Counted from the first letter of the stretch, positions 54,432 to 64,000 are shown. The stretch: DNA of 64,000 nt from Verrucomicrobiales bacterium (GCA_029213025.1 JARGOZ010000002.1:8338-72337), one strand, 5' to 3'. The notes: a model not told the origin generated them from the letters alone. Translations and numbers: made by a program.

Positions 54432-55877
54432 TCAATTTTTCCGCAGCTCCTCTACTATGGGCAACTCACCGGCTTCTTCCAGATCTTTGATTTTTCTCTG
54501 CATAGTTCGCCGCGAGATGCCGAGAAGTTTTGCCGCCTCAGTGCGGTTGCCTTTGGTGCGATCGAGAGCGATCAGAATGTAGCGCTGCTCCATGCGGGCG
54601 AGGTCGAGGTCGGTAAAATCATCACTTCCACCGGTCGATTCGATTTCAAAATTGCCCCGTTGGCCTGAGGGCAGCAGCAGTTGTTCGTGGGCTCCGGAAT
54701 CGTCGCGGAGAAAGGGCGGCAGATGGCGGATCCCGATTTTCCCGGCGTTGCACATGACCACGCCGTGTTCGATAGCGGTGCGCAGCTCCCTCACGTTGCC
54801 GGGCCAGTTGTAGGCGAGTAACCGCTGCATTGCTTCGGTGGTAAGCTCCAGCCTCTTCTTTTTGTTCTCGTCGCAAAATTCCCGGAGGAATGCATCGACA
54901 AGCAGGACGATATCCTCCTTTCGATCTCTCAATGGGGGCATGGTGATGCTGACCACATTGAGACGAAAGTACAGGTCATCGCGGAACGTGCCTTCTTTCA
55001 CCATTTGCACTAGGTTCCGGTTTGTTGCGCAAACAACGCGGACGTCGACTTTGATGGTTTTGTTGCTGCCGAGACGTTCGATCGTCCTTTCCCCGATGGC
55101 GCGGAGCAGTTTTACCTGGGTGCTGAGATCGATTTCCCCGATTTCGTCGAGGAAAAGTGTGCCGCCGTTGGCTTCTTCAAAACGCCCGATTCTGCGTTCC
55201 GTAGCGCCTGTGAAAGAGCCTCTTTCGTGGCCGAAAAGTTCGCTTTCGAGAAGTTGTTCACTCAGCGCCGCGCAATGAACGGTGACCATTTTTGCCCGGG
55301 GGCGCCCGGAGAGATTGTGGATCGCTTTACTGATGAGCTCTTTCCCGGTCCCGCTTTCCCCTTCGATGAGAACGGTGGCCCGGGTCGGAGCCACCTGCCG
55401 AACGGTTTCGAATACTGGCTGCATCGCCAGGGAGTTGCCGATGATGCTTTCCAAACCGAAACGCTTATCGACCTGCGCTTTCAGAGCTTCCACTTCGCTC
55501 TCGGTGGATCTCGTCTTGATGGCCCTTTTGATGACGATTTCCAGTTCGTCGATATTGAGCGGTTTGCTGACGTAGTCGTAGGCGCCGCGCTTCATGGCTT
55601 CCACGGCGATGTCTTCCGAGCCGAATGCAGTCATCAGCAGACAAACCGGAGGGTGGGGAATCGAGAGCGCCTGCTCAATGAGGTCCATTCCGCTTTCGCC
55701 GCCGAGTCGCAAATCGGTGACCATGACATCGACTGATTCACTTTTCAGGATTTCGGCTGCTTCCCGGATATTGGCGGCGACATAGATATCAAATTCATCT
55801 TCCAGCGACATCCTGAGACCGTCCCGGGTGTGCTTTTCGTCATCGACGATGAGAACGATTTTGTCGAAAAAATCCAT
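54432..55877 (-). CDS. sigma-54-dependent response regulator (NtrC family)
   Basis: REC domain (IVDDEKHTRD...DLRLGGESGMD), AAA+ domain (GESGTGKE, GSFTGA, DEIGE) and C-terminal Fis-type HTH (GNRTEAAKLLGISRRTMQRKIK). Confidence 0.93.
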   Translation of the reverse strand: MDFFDKIVLIVDDEKHTRDGLRMSLEDEFDIYVAANIREAAEILKSESVDVMVTDLRLGGESGMDLIEQALSIPHPPVCLLMTAFGSEDIAVEAMKRGAYDYVSKPLNIDELEIVIKRAIKTRSTESEVEALKAQVDKRFGLESIIGNSLAMQPVFETVRQVAPTRATVLIEGESGTGKELISKAIHNLSGRPRAKMVTVHCAALSEQLLESELFGHERGSFTGATERRIGRFEEANGGTLFLDEIGEIDLSTQVKLLRAIGERTIERLGSNKTIKVDVRVVCATNRNLVQMVKEGTFRDDLYFRLNVVSITMPPLRDRKEDIVLLVDAFLREFCDENKKKRLELTTEAMQRLLAYNWPGNVRELRTAIEHGVVMCNAGKIGIRHLPPFLRDDSGAHEQLLLPSGQRGNFEIESTGGSDDFTDLDLARMEQRYILIALDRTKGNRTEAAKLLGISRRTMQRKIKDLEEAGELPIVEELRKN

Positions 55878-55878
55878 T

Positions 55879-55917
55879 ATTGTACCCTGTTAGGTTTCAA
55901 ACTGTACCCTGTTGAAT
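55879..55917 (-). repeat. AACAGGGTACA-core intergenic repeat locus 6 (two copies, reverse orientation)
   Basis: TGTACCCTGTT at 55881-55891 and 55903-55913, exactly 22 bp apart. It lies between the kinase stop (55928) and the regulator start (55877), ending 3 nt from the ATG. Confidence 0.9.
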
Positions 55918-55927
55918 GAGCGAAAAA

Positions 55928-57133
55928 TCATGATTCAGCCACCGTATCGACATCGATGATATCGTTGGAGCTGCCTTCTTCGGGGAGGAAGCGGATTTGT
56001 TTTTCCGCGCGGGGCAGGGAGACATTCACGGTGGTTCCTTCATACTCCCGGCTTTCGAATTCGATTTGTCCGCCGTGTTCTCTCACGATGCGATGAACGA
56101 TGAGCAGTCCGAGACCGGAACCGGATTTTTTCGTGGTGAAATAAGGTTCGAAAACTTTGCCCACTTTATCGGACGAAATCCCGTGGCCGTCGTCGGCAAA
56201 ACTGATCGTTACGTTGTGATCATCATACTTCGAACTGACGATAATCGATCCGTCTGAACCAATGGCCTGAGCCCCGTTGCGGATCAGATTGTAAAAGACC
56301 TGTTTGATCTGATCGGGATCCGCCATCAGTACAGGAATTTGCTCATTGAGCTGCAGCGTGATGGTGATATTCCGGTCTTTTACCTCGGGAGCCAGAAACG
56401 TGACCGCCTCGGCGATAAGTTGGTTGATATCGACGCTTTTAAAATTTGGTTTGGTAGGGCGGACTGCGCCGAGGAATTTTTCGACGATGAAGTTGAGTCG
56501 CTTGATCTCGCTGCGGGTGATTTCCAGAGATTCCAGAAGTTCTCCCGCCAGTTCGGGATCGGCCTTTTTCTTCACTTTCCGTTCGAGAAGCTGAAGGTGG
56601 ATATTCAGAGAGTTCAGCGGGTTGCCCAGCTCATGGGCGACTCCGGCGGCGAGCATGGTCAGGGCGGCGATGCGTTCGGATTCGACTTCTTCCTGTTGCA
56701 CCTGGCGGCTGCGGGTGTCGTCGCGCAGAATGAGAACGTAGCCACCGGTCTCTTTTTTTGAGCCTTCTTCCGTCTGCTCCAGCGGAGAGATGTAGAAATT
56801 GAGAAACCGGTGTTCGGGGTAGAAAACTTCGAGATCGCGGTTCACCGAGCGGTTGCCGCGAATGATGTCCTCCCACACAATGCCGGGAAACTGGTCATCG
56901 AGCCGCTGCCCGAGAAGTTCTTTTCTGGTAAATCCAAAGAAATCGAGCGCAGCGTTGTTTACGTAATGGATGGTGCCGCCGACGCCTACCACAACGATGC
57001 CCTCCTGCAGAGTATCGAATACTTTTTCGAGAAAGCCTTTTTCCTGAACGGCTCGAAGCACAATCCGCTGCACTTCACCGGGATCGACCCGGTCCATTTT
57101 TTCGATCAACTTATCAAGAAAACCACTTTTCAT
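55928..57133 (-). CDS. PAS-domain sensor histidine kinase (NtrB/AtoS-like), partner of the sigma-54 regulator
   Basis: PAS-like region, HELGNPL H-box, NLIRNGAQA N-box and GSGLGLLIVHR G2 box. I prefer ATG 57133 because the longer ORF start at 57196 would overlap divergent cutA. Confidence 0.88.
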   Translation of the reverse strand: MKSGFLDKLIEKMDRVDPGEVQRIVLRAVQEKGFLEKVFDTLQEGIVVVGVGGTIHYVNNAALDFFGFTRKELLGQRLDDQFPGIVWEDIIRGNRSVNRDLEVFYPEHRFLNFYISPLEQTEEGSKKETGGYVLILRDDTRSRQVQQEEVESERIAALTMLAAGVAHELGNPLNSLNIHLQLLERKVKKKADPELAGELLESLEITRSEIKRLNFIVEKFLGAVRPTKPNFKSVDINQLIAEAVTFLAPEVKDRNITITLQLNEQIPVLMADPDQIKQVFYNLIRNGAQAIGSDGSIIVSSKYDDHNVTISFADDGHGISSDKVGKVFEPYFTTKKSGSGLGLLIVHRIVREHGGQIEFESREYEGTTVNVSLPRAEKQIRFLPEEGSSNDIIDVDTVAES

Positions 57134-57161
57134 TTTCGATATAACAGAGCAGAAAAAGAGT

Positions 57162-57521
57162 ATGAACACCGAAAACAGCCAAAATCCTGAAGCCAATCAA
57201 GAAGTTCGAATCGTGTTGGTGACGTTCCCTAATCTTGAAACTGCGCGTCAAATTGGCACACTTTTAGTGGAGTCGCAACTGGTTGCGTGTGTGAATTTGC
57301 TCCCCGGCGTAGAGTCGATCTACCGGTGGGAAGGCGCCGTAACTACAGATACCGAGGTGGCCGGTTTCCTGAAAACATCGACCCGGCGACTGGCGCAGTT
57401 GGAAGAAACTTTTCTCCGGGAACACCCTTACGACGTACCGGAATTCCTTGTGTTAAAGCCGGAATCAGGTTTCGGCGGATATCTCGACTGGGTGAAACAA
57501 TCGTGCGAAAAAACTAATTAA
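57162..57521 (+). CDS. cutA: divalent-cation tolerance protein CutA
   Basis: VLVTFPNLETARQIGTLLVESQLVACVNLLPGVESIYRWEG...HPYDVPEFLVL is the typical CutA1 signature. Confidence 0.9.
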   Translation: MNTENSQNPEANQEVRIVLVTFPNLETARQIGTLLVESQLVACVNLLPGVESIYRWEGAVTTDTEVAGFLKTSTRRLAQLEETFLREHPYDVPEFLVLKPESGFGGYLDWVKQSCEKTN

Positions 57522-57715
57522 GAAATATTTATTGTTATAATTTCCAAATATTTTATATTTGTGAAACGTATAAGGATAGGACATAAGTATATCCGACGAA
57601 AAAACACCGTAATTTTAGATCATTAGAAATTTCGGAAATATTAATTAGACAAACGCCACAATATCATTACAGGTTTCTTTACTACGTTAATCCTTTGATT
57701 TTGTAGTGCACGAAA

Positions 57716-58219
57716 ATGACAACAAAAACTCACCATTTTTTACCCAGCCAGTTTTATCCCAAAACCAACCAATACGTTGTTCTGGTGGTGGATGACATGC
57801 AGGTGAACCGGGTTCTTCTTTCCAAAGTCTTCACTGCCTCCGGTTACGGAGTCGCCGAAGCTGATTCAGCGGAGTCCGCTGTGGAAATGATCGCCGGCGG
57901 ACTGATCAAGCCGGACGTGATTATCACCGACGTTGAGATGCCGGGGATGAATGGGATCTCGTTGACATCGCAAATTCGCTCCCTTCCCGGGCAGGCCGGT
58001 GAGATACCGATCATCGTCGCTTCGGGCAATCCGGATGCCGACATGGAAATGGATGCTTACGATGCGGGTGCGGATGTGTTTTTGACCAAACCTTTTAATC
58101 TCGCCCAGCTTCGGGATGAGGTTCGCGATGCCATCAAAGGTGACAACAATATCCGGGTTTCTGTTCGGAGACTCCATGGAAAGAGCGATGTAAATCGCCT
58201 CAGAACCAGGCTTCCGTAA
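57716..58219 (+). CDS. single-domain (CheY-like) response regulator
   Basis: VVLVVDDMQVNR...DVIITDVEMPGMNG...ASGN...TKPF, with no output domain. It is preceded by a ~190-bp AT-rich spacer. Confidence 0.88.
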   Translation: MTTKTHHFLPSQFYPKTNQYVVLVVDDMQVNRVLLSKVFTASGYGVAEADSAESAVEMIAGGLIKPDVIITDVEMPGMNGISLTSQIRSLPGQAGEIPIIVASGNPDADMEMDAYDAGADVFLTKPFNLAQLRDEVRDAIKGDNNIRVSVRRLHGKSDVNRLRTRLP

Positions 58220-58282
58220 AGATCCTCCGCTCGCGGAGAAAGTATGTTTTCGCAAAATCGGGATTTTGTGAAACACTGAAGA

Positions 58283-58999
58283 ATGAAAACGGGATTTCCG
58301 CTGATCGTCGCTACGGCATTTTTTATACTGCCGGCGTCAGGTCAGCTTATCATCGAAGGCGGTTCCGGCGGTGTGCAGAGATCGAACCGGGATGGCCGAA
58401 TTGAAATATCCCGTCCCGCCGGATTTTCCCACACAGTGGTAACGGGGCAACCGGTTAACAGTCCGCTGGACAGCGGTATCCGGACAAACAGCCCGGCGAG
58501 AACCGGTATTGTCAGTAATTCCGCCCAGGTGCGGTCGGTGCCAGTTCCGTCGGCAGGGATTTACACTCCGGCAGTTCGTCATGTGGTTGATGTAAATCGA
58601 ATCCAGGCGATTCAGAAACTGGAACGGGAATTGGGTGTCATAAAAACGACCAAATCCGCCTGGATGGAGTTTGATGCAGACCGGCTTTTCAAGGGGCGGC
58701 AGAATGGAATCAATAGCTCGGCGAGGGCTCTGCTCAATAAGATCATCACTTATCACGCTTTAACGGGCGGCAGCGGAATCACCGTGGATTATGAGTACGT
58801 CGCCGAAAGCGATTCCTGCGACTGTGGGACGGAGCGATCAGAGGCTGTGGTGGAATATTTCGCCGGGAAAACAGGTTTGAGCCCCGGTTGGTTCACGGTT
58901 CCAGTCCCGGAACCGTTGAAGAGATCTGAGCCGCAGGGTTATTCCAATGCACCCCGCCGGGCCTACAAGTCGATCGTGAATATCCGGATTCAACGTTAG
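58283..58999 (+). CDS. hypothetical secreted protein (weak OmpA-C-like C-terminus)
   Basis: Signal peptide (MKTGFPLIVATAFFILPASG). The C-terminal ...ERSEAVVEYFAGKTGLSPGWF faintly resembles the OmpA-like RAxAVxxYL region. This is a low-certainty assignment. Confidence 0.5.
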   Translation: MKTGFPLIVATAFFILPASGQLIIEGGSGGVQRSNRDGRIEISRPAGFSHTVVTGQPVNSPLDSGIRTNSPARTGIVSNSAQVRSVPVPSAGIYTPAVRHVVDVNRIQAIQKLERELGVIKTTKSAWMEFDADRLFKGRQNGINSSARALLNKIITYHALTGGSGITVDYEYVAESDSCDCGTERSEAVVEYFAGKTGLSPGWFTVPVPEPLKRSEPQGYSNAPRRAYKSIVNIRIQR

Positions 59000-59098
59000 A
59001 TTTCTGTACGCTGGATACCCCGGGCGATTTGGTCGGCAGTTGCCGTGCATCGAGGTGAAGTATTTCCCGATCACGGAGATAAGAGCTAATCCCGTCGG

Positions 59099-60595
59099 TT
59101 AGTTGGCCGGGACTTCATTCGCTGCTGCGCCACGGAGATTCTTCGTCCGTATGATACCGGTCGAGCCGTCGCTGAGTTGAACGGTTGCCCATTCGGCTCC
59201 GGGTTTTGTCATCATGACCAGAGTTCCCGGCCGCACGGCGGTGATCGAAGTTTCGGTCGGGGAATCGCCGTATTTCATGAACTGAGCCTGCGAATTGACC
59301 ACGTAAAAGCTGTTGCCATACCGGTTTACCACAGAGGTTGGGGAAACGTCGCCGCCACCTCCCATTGCTTTCGGGGCGGAAATTTTTGGTCGTGGTAGTG
59401 AGAACCGCTTTTTCTTCGGTTCGGGCTGCGAAGAGGGTAGAGAGACGATGGTTCGATTGCCTGATGGTGCTGGCGCAGAAGCGGCGCTTTCAGGGGCGGT
59501 ACCGGCAGGGAATAAACCGCTGCTGACCACAGCCGCCGACTCAGGTTGTTTCTTTCTGAAGCTAAATTTCCTCGAGTCTGAGGCGGGAGGGCTGTCGTTT
59601 TTATTGCGGGAGAACAAGCCGCCGACACTTTTCAAAGGATTCCCGTTTCCGCCGGCATTTTGCGCGTCGGCATTGACCATTTCCGAGGCCGATCTCGACT
59701 GCTGAATTTTCACCGGTTTAGGTGATGCTTCATTCCCGGAGGCCGGCGCCGCTGAAGTGGCGGAGGCACTGGCTGTCTCGCGTGGTTCAGGGGGCATTTG
59801 CGGCTGTTGCTGCGGGGGCGCGGTAGCATATTGCTGCTGCGGTGGAGCAGCCGCTGGGGGAGTCTCGGAATTTTTGCTGAAAATTTTGGGAGGCCTAATC
59901 TTGGGGAAATTGAGTTTGGGCGGGCTCAAATTGAATCGACCGGTTTTCTCGCGCGGAGCGGCCACGGGCTCTTGCGGGAGCGGTTTCGGTCCGGACAGTC
60001 CGCTTTCCACCGGTTCATCTCCGCCGACGGCCTGAGTTACCTTATTGCTGATATTTTTGATCGGGGAAAAATCCTTCTTCTTTGGTTCCGAGGCGGCGCG
60101 GGCTGCTTGCTCTTTCTGGACGGACTCTACGAAATCTGCCGGCAGTCCCCGACCGACCCGGACATTGCCTTCCGGGTCTTTCCATGTCGAGATTTCGCTG
60201 GAACTCACCCTGTTGTAGGCGTTGTATGCAGTTACACGCTGCCACTTCAGCCGTTCCGAGGCGTCGATTTTCGCCTGTCGGGTTGCGCGGGCTTTTTCGA
60301 GTGCAGTTTTGAGAGACTGTTCTTCGATGGCGCTTTCCGCCGTTCTCGCCATAGCGGCGGCGGCGGCGGCTCTTTCCGCTTCCTGAGCGGCGGCTCTAAC
60401 CTGCATCATGTTCATAGTACCGGAGGTGGAGCCATTTTCGAGCCCGGTTGTCATTCCTGAAGCTCCGGCGGTCGGGCTTACATAGGGGTAGGTGGCAGAG
60501 CCCTGGCCGTAAACAGCCCCGCATGCAAAAGGGAAAAGAACGACGAAAACTCCGAAAAAGGGGAATCGCTTCGATAAGTCGTTGAAAAGTTTCAT
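59099..60595 (-). CDS. secreted Pro/Ala-rich protein with a C-terminal bacterial SH3-like domain
   Basis: Signal peptide after Met at 60595 (MKLFNDLSKRFPFFGVFVVLFPFACGAVYG), a long low-complexity P/A/S/Q region, and C-terminal YVVNSQAQFMKYGDSP...GTLVMMTKPGAEWATVQLSDGSTGIIRTKNL (SH3b-like). Confidence 0.7.
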   Translation of the reverse strand: MKLFNDLSKRFPFFGVFVVLFPFACGAVYGQGSATYPYVSPTAGASGMTTGLENGSTSGTMNMMQVRAAAQEAERAAAAAAMARTAESAIEEQSLKTALEKARATRQAKIDASERLKWQRVTAYNAYNRVSSSEISTWKDPEGNVRVGRGLPADFVESVQKEQAARAASEPKKKDFSPIKNISNKVTQAVGGDEPVESGLSGPKPLPQEPVAAPREKTGRFNLSPPKLNFPKIRPPKIFSKNSETPPAAAPPQQQYATAPPQQQPQMPPEPRETASASATSAAPASGNEASPKPVKIQQSRSASEMVNADAQNAGGNGNPLKSVGGLFSRNKNDSPPASDSRKFSFRKKQPESAAVVSSGLFPAGTAPESAASAPAPSGNRTIVSLPSSQPEPKKKRFSLPRPKISAPKAMGGGGDVSPTSVVNRYGNSFYVVNSQAQFMKYGDSPTETSITAVRPGTLVMMTKPGAEWATVQLSDGSTGIIRTKNLRGAAANEVPAN

Positions 60596-60860
60596 CTGTG
60601 AGGCTTCGCGAATCGGATTTGAGAAAGTATAACACGCTCTGGACCGACGTCCAGAACACGTCATTTCGGCATTCTGAAATGTTAAAATGACTGAAAAAGC
60701 TCCCTGCTCCGGGTTTTGGAACGCATTAAGGTTTACACCCATTAGGCGATTTGATACAATTTCGTCTAATAACTCCGGGGACAAAGCGGTCCAAATAGTA
60801 AAGGGAGTAATTCTTTTCCGGCAAAGAAATCCCCGATTCCTTCAGTTAATTACAGCGCTT

Positions 60861-61457
60861 ATGAAAAATACATACCACTTCACAATTATTCTGGTCACCG
60901 CGCTGGCTCTTTTCGCCAGTGGTGTGACTCATGCTCAACAATCTCTCGCCACTGTTCACCGTGAGGGTGTTTCTCTGTTCAACGCCGGTGACTACCAGGG
61001 TGCTTTGGTGAAATTTCAACAGGTCCTGCGGGCTAAGCCGTCCTACATTCATGCCAGGGTTTATGCTGCCAAATGTAAGCAGGCGATCGCTGAAAACCTG
61101 GGACCAAAGAAAACCATGGGCGATTCTCTCGCTAAAGTCATGGTTCCTTCAGTCGATTTTCAGGAGGTTCCGCTGGGGGATGCGCTGACCTACATCAGTC
61201 AGCGAACTCAGGAACTGACCGCCGGGAAACTGACCCCTAACATTATTTTTACCGGAACTCAGGAGCAGCGAACCAATTCAAAAGTGACGTTTAAGATGAA
61301 TCAGGTCCCGATGACTACGATTTTGAAATACATCGGTGCTCAAACCCGCTGTAAGATCCAATACGAGGAGCATGCGATTACCGTAACTCCAATTGATAAT
61401 ACGCCGAAAACGGTATCGACTCCGCAAACCCCGGCGAATGTTTTCGGTTTCGAGTAA
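60861..61457 (+). CDS. hypothetical secreted protein (one TPR-like motif plus a secretin-N0/STN-like segment)
   Basis: Signal peptide MKNTYHFTIILVTALALFASGVTHA, then GDYQGALVKFQQVLRAKPSY, then VDFQEVPLGDALTYISQRT...KVTFKMNQVPMTTILKYIG. Domain calls are tentative. Confidence 0.55.
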   Translation: MKNTYHFTIILVTALALFASGVTHAQQSLATVHREGVSLFNAGDYQGALVKFQQVLRAKPSYIHARVYAAKCKQAIAENLGPKKTMGDSLAKVMVPSVDFQEVPLGDALTYISQRTQELTAGKLTPNIIFTGTQEQRTNSKVTFKMNQVPMTTILKYIGAQTRCKIQYEEHAITVTPIDNTPKTVSTPQTPANVFGFE

Positions 61458-61472
61458 GTCTGACTTCAGCGA

Positions 61473-62120
61473 TTGGACAATCCCAAAGCCATAGTTACCG
61501 GAGGCCGGGGTGACCTTGCCTCCGCTATTGTGCCCGAGTTGCAGCGCGCGGGTTACGATGTCCTCGCACCGGGTCGCGATGAGTTGGATGTCTCCGATGC
61601 GGCCTCAGTGAAAAGCTGGTTCGCCAGGGTCGGACCGATCAGTCTACTCATCAATAATGCCGGCCTGACCCGGGATGTTGTGCATTCGCGGATCACGGAA
61701 GAGGAGTGGGATCTCGTTGTCGATACCAATTTAAAGGGCAGCTTTCTATGTGCTCAGGCTGCGCTTCGATTATTTCCCAAACAGATTGGCGGGCATATCA
61801 TAAACATCGGTTCTTTTTCCGGTAAAAGTCCGCCGGTAGGCCAAACCAATTATGCGGCCGCGAAGGCCGGAGTGATTGGCCTGACTCAATCTCTGGCTAA
61901 AGAGTATGGCAAAAGAAATATCCGGGTGAATGCTGTTCTGCCGGGTTTCCTGGAAACGAAAATGACAGCCGGTCTGTCGGAAAACGCTCTTGACCGGGTG
62001 AGGCAACGCCACGCTTTGGGACGTTTTAACACGGTCGAAGACGCGGCCCGGTTTATCGCTTTTCTCGATACAATGAAACAGGTATCGGGGCAGGTTTTTC
62101 AGCTCGACTCACGGGTTTGA
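61473..62120 (+). CDS. SDR family oxidoreductase (FabG-like)
   Basis: 215 aa with AIVTGGRGDLASAI, NNAGL and YAAAKAG, and a TTG start. It is short for an SDR, with a compressed N-terminal half. Confidence 0.8.
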   Translation: MDNPKAIVTGGRGDLASAIVPELQRAGYDVLAPGRDELDVSDAASVKSWFARVGPISLLINNAGLTRDVVHSRITEEEWDLVVDTNLKGSFLCAQAALRLFPKQIGGHIINIGSFSGKSPPVGQTNYAAAKAGVIGLTQSLAKEYGKRNIRVNAVLPGFLETKMTAGLSENALDRVRQRHALGRFNTVEDAARFIAFLDTMKQVSGQVFQLDSRV

Positions 62121-62160
62121 GACCTTGACCTCATCGGCAAGCACTCCCACATTTCCGTCT

Positions 62161-64000
62161 ATGTTTGCCAGATTTCTCACAACCGTCTTCTCTTGTGTCG
62201 CGATCTTTCCTGTCTTCGCCCAACAGTCCAAAAGCGGCGATGGGGACCGGAAAAAGTACGACTCCGAAGCGGCCGTCCGGATCAGTAATTTCACCATGCC
62301 GAAAGATGTGAAAGCGGAGTTGTTTGTAGACGAATCGCAGACACAAAATCCCGGTGCAATTTGTTTTGATCAAAAAGGCCGCATGTATATCGCCGAGTTA
62401 CACCGCTGGCGGGCCGGTGTAGAGGATATTCGAAACGAGCAGCGACTTCTGTTTGATGATATAGCCAGTGTGACGAATCAAGACCGTCTTGCGATGCATG
62501 AGAAAGATCAGGTCGCGAGGCCGCTCTCTCACTACACGGAGTTTTCGGATCGCATTGTATTGATCGAGGACAAAAACAAAGACGGTCGTGCGGATTCCTC
62601 CAAAGTATGGGCAGACGGGTTTAACGATATTCTCGATGGACCCGGTATAGGGCTTTTGGCGACAGCTGACGGCTCCATTTACTACACAAATATTCCTCAT
62701 CTCTGGAAATTGAAAGATACCGACGGGGACGATGTCGCGGATGAAAGAATATCGATTCAGGATGGGTTCGGAGTAAGGATTAGTTTCTCCGGACACGACA
62801 TGCACGGGCTCATTCAGGGGCCGGATGGAAAAATCTACTGGTCGATAGGAGACCGGGGATACACATTTACTACCAAAGAAGGACGTCACTACAGTCGTCC
62901 GATGGAAGGGGCCGTATTTCGCTGCGATCCTGACGGCTCAAACCTGGAGGAATACTACCGCGGGCTGCGCAATCCACAGGAACTGGCTTTCGATCAGTAT
63001 GGGAATCTCTTTACCTGCGATAACGATGCTGACTACTGGGATACCGGGCGCCTTGTCTATTTGATTGAAGGGGGGAATACCGGCTGGAACCACGGTCATC
63101 AGGCCTTGATGAATTTCAAAGAGCAATACGGTTTGCGCACTCCTGCCTACGAACATCCCGATCACCAGAAAATTCCGATGAGTCCGTGGATGACCGAGGG
63201 CATTTGGGATCCCTATCAGGAAAACCGGCCGGAATTTGGTCTTCCGGCCATTGATAAGGTGTCGTGGGGGCCCAGTGGTCTGGTCTACAACTATGGCGTA
63301 ACCGCCATGCCGGATCGATATGACAACCACTTCTGGGTATGCAATTTCGGTGGGGCCAAAGGCGATTTGGAAGCTTTCTCGGTAAAGCCGAAGGGGGCGG
63401 GCTTTGCGCTGGATCATCACGAAAAGTTTATGGAAGGGCTTGGAAATACCGATGTGGAATTCGGCCCCGACGGGAAAATGTATCTATGCTGTTTTAATAA
63501 CAATGGCTGGTACAAGCAGGACATTGGCAATGTCTACTCGCTGTATGACGAAGAAAAACTGAAGAGCGAAGCGCTCGAAGTTACCCGGGCGCTGTTGGTA
63601 AGCAATTTCGCAGATAAAAGCAGTGCAGATCTTGACCTCCTGCTTTCCCACGATGACATGCGGGTTCGCCAAAGGGCACAGTTCGAACTGGTGAAGCGGA
63701 CAGATGTGGATATTCTGAAATCAGCCGTGGCCCAAAAGGAAAACCGTCTTAAGCGTCTCAACGGTTTGTGGGGACTGGGGCAACTGGCGGTGAAGGACAA
63801 TTCTCTATATGAAAATCATGTCGCCCTGCTCAGTGATGACGACGAGGAGATTCGTGCTCAGGCAGCGAAAGTTCTCTCTGATTCCCGACTGGAATCATCG
63901 GGTAACGCTCTGGTAGAGGCCCTGCGTGATTCATCCGCTAAGGTGCAGTCTTTCGCTGCGATCGGGGTAGGGAAATGCCGGATTCCCCAGGCTATACCGC
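62161..64000 (+). CDS. PVC-type membrane-bound dehydrogenase-like beta-propeller + HEAT-repeat protein, 5' part; runs off the window
   Basis: My own translation from ATG 62161 is open to the window end (613 codons, no stop): MFARFLTTVFSCVAIFPVFAQ..., DTDGDDVADE, GLRNPQELAFDQYGNLFTCDNDAD and HDDMRVRQRAQFEL (HEAT). It is absent from the ORF track because there is no stop in the window. Confidence 0.8.
   Translation, partial: MFARFLTTVFSCVAIFPVFAQQSKSGDGDRKKYDSEAAVRISNFTMPKDVKAELFVDESQTQNPGAICFDQKGRMYIAELHRWRAGVEDIRNEQRLLFDDIASVTNQDRLAMHEKDQVARPLSHYTEFSDRIVLIEDKNKDGRADSSKVWADGFNDILDGPGIGLLATADGSIYYTNIPHLWKLKDTDGDDVADERISIQDGFGVRISFSGHDMHGLIQGPDGKIYWSIGDRGYTFTTKEGRHYSRPMEGAVFRCDPDGSNLEEYYRGLRNPQELAFDQYGNLFTCDNDADYWDTGRLVYLIEGGNTGWNHGHQALMNFKEQYGLRTPAYEHPDHQKIPMSPWMTEGIWDPYQENRPEFGLPAIDKVSWGPSGLVYNYGVTAMPDRYDNHFWVCNFGGAKGDLEAFSVKPKGAGFALDHHEKFMEGLGNTDVEFGPDGKMYLCCFNNNGWYKQDIGNVYSLYDEEKLKSEALEVTRALLVSNFADKSSADLDLLLSHDDMRVRQRAQFELVKRTDVDILKSAVAQKENRLKRLNGLWGLGQLAVKDNSLYENHVALLSDDDEEIRAQAAKVLSDSRLESSGNALVEALRDSSAKVQSFAAIGVGKCRIPQAIP

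Noticed and set aside
54379-57200. Searched for sigma-54 promoters (TGGCAC-N5-TTGC) near the NtrC-type regulator and in other intergenic regions.
   Set aside because: The TGGCAC occurrences I found (e.g. near 5452, 20083, 40254, 53012 and 57254) are inside coding regions or lack the TTGC element, so there is no credible site to report.
62398-63420. Two minus-strand ORFs (163 and 160 aa) listed in the track.
   Set aside because: The plus strand is open from ATG 62161 to the window end. It carries clear dehydrogenase-like propeller and HEAT motifs, so the minus-strand ORFs are shadows.
1-64000. Scanned spacers (notably 19052-19204, 30256-30481, 43879-44231 and 60596-60860) for tRNA, rRNA, known riboswitch cores and canonical intrinsic terminators.
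   Set aside because: I found no cloverleaf-compatible sequence, no T-psi-C-like GTTCGAATC motif, no rRNA-like stretch, and no GC-stem-plus-U-tract terminator that I could support by eye.

Overview
This is a gene-dense chromosomal segment with about 50 CDS and roughly 50% GC. The gene content suggests a PVC-superphylum bacterium, most likely Verrucomicrobiota. Supporting markers are a DUF1501/PSCyt-PSD1 pair, PVC-type dehydrogenase-like propeller proteins, SHD1-domain lipoproteins, prepilin-like proteins, a sulfatase and LL-DAP aminotransferase DapL. All family calls rest on motifs I recognised by eye in the supplied translations; no searches were run. I saw no rRNA, tRNA, CRISPR array, transposase or integrase. 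Housekeeping genes include rho, hisI, dapL, cutA, a Rieske/cytochrome b-c complex, an S41 protease and an M1 aminopeptidase. They are interspersed with many signalling genes: 3 histidine kinases, 3 response regulators, 1 ECF-like sigma and 2 Ser/Thr kinases. Five things merit a second look. (1) A compact two-gene cassette encodes a stand-alone TIR protein plus an uncharacterised partner. It has an AT-rich flank and sits between housekeeping genes, which makes it a candidate defence or toxin-antitoxin module with no known Thoeris/CBASS partner. (2) A secreted thioredoxin-like/PDZ gene is split in the ORF track by an in-frame TGA exactly at the first redox-Cys position (UxxC), followed by a hairpin. 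This is a candidate selenoprotein. (3) A 16-nt motif with core AACAGGGTACA occurs as 2-3 copies spaced exactly 22 bp apart at seven loci, six of them short intergenic spacers and one inside the 5' end of an ORF. (4) An ECF-like sigma gene is followed by two Ser/Thr kinases and a kinase-less paralog, all sharing one extracytoplasmic beta-propeller-like domain. (5) Several degenerate or atypical enzymes are present: an Aas-like protein lacking the adenylation P-loop, a sulfatase with C-x-I-x-R, and Rho with a long low-complexity N-terminus.
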